A program made the position numbers and the translations under genes. DNA of 63,063 nt, filler included, from Pelomyxa schiedti (Eukaryota; Protista; Evosea): assembly GCA_020536535.1 (NCBI GenBank). It is 5 parts of 5 records of this genome, joined end to end, with 100 filler letters (N's around TTAATTAATTAA, not from the genome) between each part and the next. Parts side by side here need not be neighbours in the genome. Positions count along the whole stretch, not along the records: positions 61,374 to 63,063 come from JAHLWZ010002330.1; 4 more parts are not named here. One strand, written 5' to 3'. A model generated the notes under the pieces. The model saw nothing but the letters and a program-made list of their open reading frames with translations. It was not told the DNA's origin and did no database searches. Of this stretch, positions 61,700 through 63,063 are shown in pieces. Each line of letters starts with the position of its first letter. The stretch's first letter is position 1.

Positions 61700-62360
61700 G
61701 GCCGCGTTCCATTACCGCGGCGTGGTATCTCTTTCGGTATCACACATTGACTTTTTTAACCGCATTCTCAGCTTCATTGGATTGTGAATGATAAGCCGTT
61801 ACAGTATTGCGATGTATACCACATGTATGTATTTAGATCATTCACAAAGGCAGGATCTCTATCACAAACCAGGTATTTCAATCCTCCTTGTGGAACAATC
61901 CAATGTTTCTCCATACATCTTACCAATGTAGAAGCCTCCTTATTGCGCAAAGTTTTCAGCTTTAATTTCTCAAATGCCTTTTGTTCCGCTTCTCCCCAAT
62001 GCTGCCCACGGAGATATGGAAGGTTCTATTACTCCTGAGGCTAGACCTTTCTTGACTTCTTCCCTCAATAATTCAGCTTATCACCGGTGTTTTAGGATAC
62101 ATCGGAAAGGAAACCGGACCAGTATCTCCCGTAACTATACCATGTGTGATCACATCTGTTTTTCAAGTAGTTTCGCCATCACTGATAACATCCAGATATT
62201 CCTCAAGGACCACTTCTGAATTGGTTCCTTCTTCCAAAGAGTTTTTTCATCCTGAATTCTTTTCTTGATTGAAATATCAACTGGATACATCCGCTCCTGT
62301 ATCTACTTTTACGGTGACAAGATGTCCACACGGCAATTCCACTTGTTGCATGCAACAAGT
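61700..62360 (-). mobile_element. Highly deleted Ty3/Gypsy LTR retrotransposon pol relic
   Basis: Protease VTVKVDTGADVS (~62283-62320); RT start LLREEVKKGLASGVIEPSISPWAA abutting WGEAEQKAFEKLK; integrase YLVCDRDPAF and TAYHSQSNEAENAVK. Domain order is PR-RT-IN, with stops and frameshifts. Confidence 0.82.
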
Positions 62361-62854
62361 TATCGCAACTCTGATCTAACTATTATCAGTCGTTTGCAAC
62401 CAGAATTGAGGCACAAAATCAATGCCTTACCTACATGTATTCCTAAGTATAATGTAACATCTCCAGATAGAACCGTCACAATATGAGCGATCATAGCCGC
62501 TTCTGTTTGGTGTTGCCACTCCTGCCCGTTCACAGCCTCGTAACCCCTCGTAACTTTGTGAATTAATGCCAAAAACAGCTCCCATTTCCAATTAATTTTC
62601 CTATTCGGAAACGGTGTTACCTTGCTTGTTCTCAGGAGGCTTTTGCTTGTTGGGAAACGACACAAACGCTTGTGGTGGAGCACTGGGTGGTGCAGAAGTG
62701 GCAACACCAACAGCAGCCGTTAGGTGGGTAGGCTTTCAACTGTACGGTGTACTTTACAACGCCGTTAGGGAAAAAAAACAAAAAACTCGTATGCGGGTGT
62801 TGCGGCGCCGAACAGGGAGGACAGAATGTAGTGAAATGAAATGAAGTTGGAAGC

Positions 62855-63035
62855 TATTACAAAAGGTCCGCAAATATGCTCTTGGTGGTGTCTGCCTTCC
62901 TCTTGTGGGCACAGGTGATTCCCACAGGGTTTGGACTGTGGTGTGCGCACAGTGGTAGCTTGATACAATGTGATTGGTGTATCTTGTGTTTCCATAGGTA
63001 GGTGAGCTTGAGATTCTTCAGGACACTCTGTGGAA
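62855..63035 (-). CDS. Possible terminal exon of a gene entering from beyond the window
   Basis: After an AG: IPQSVLKNLKLTYLWKHK...KSIFADLL followed by stop. No recognisable domain. Confidence 0.25.
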
Positions 63036-63063
63036 TCTATGTGGATCTGGAGACTCAATGATC

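Overview
Compact, intron-rich eukaryotic (amoebozoan-like) genomic DNA. Gene families and style resemble the archamoeba Pelomyxa; this is an inference, not a database result. The window concatenates five scaffolds joined by artificial N-TTAATTAATTAA-N linkers and has five internal 100-N gaps. Most long ORFs in the track are exons or antisense shadows. Recognisable genes: an ACAP-type BAR-PH-ArfGAP-ankyrin protein whose 3' part sits inverted on the opposite strand, YL1/Vps72 (one split copy plus a pseudogene duplicate), a DH RhoGEF, a MIT-RasGEF, a GBP/atlastin-like GTPase, a 2-RRM PABP-like protein, an RBR E3 ligase, RFC4, a JADE/BRPF-like PZP protein, a prokaryote-like amidohydrolase, a transmembrane receptor kinase, CARMIL, an MFS transporter, an FG/GLEBS-like plus ankyrin-like protein, a degenerate acyl-CoA synthetase with an RS tail, a tandem array of intronless mosaic paralogs, and a Ty3/Gypsy relic. 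Best leads: the in-frame inverted ACAP 3' segment, the four-copy hairpin/T-tract array with an antisense partner, the mosaic intronless family, and the novel domain fusions. Exon boundaries were read by eye and are approximate.
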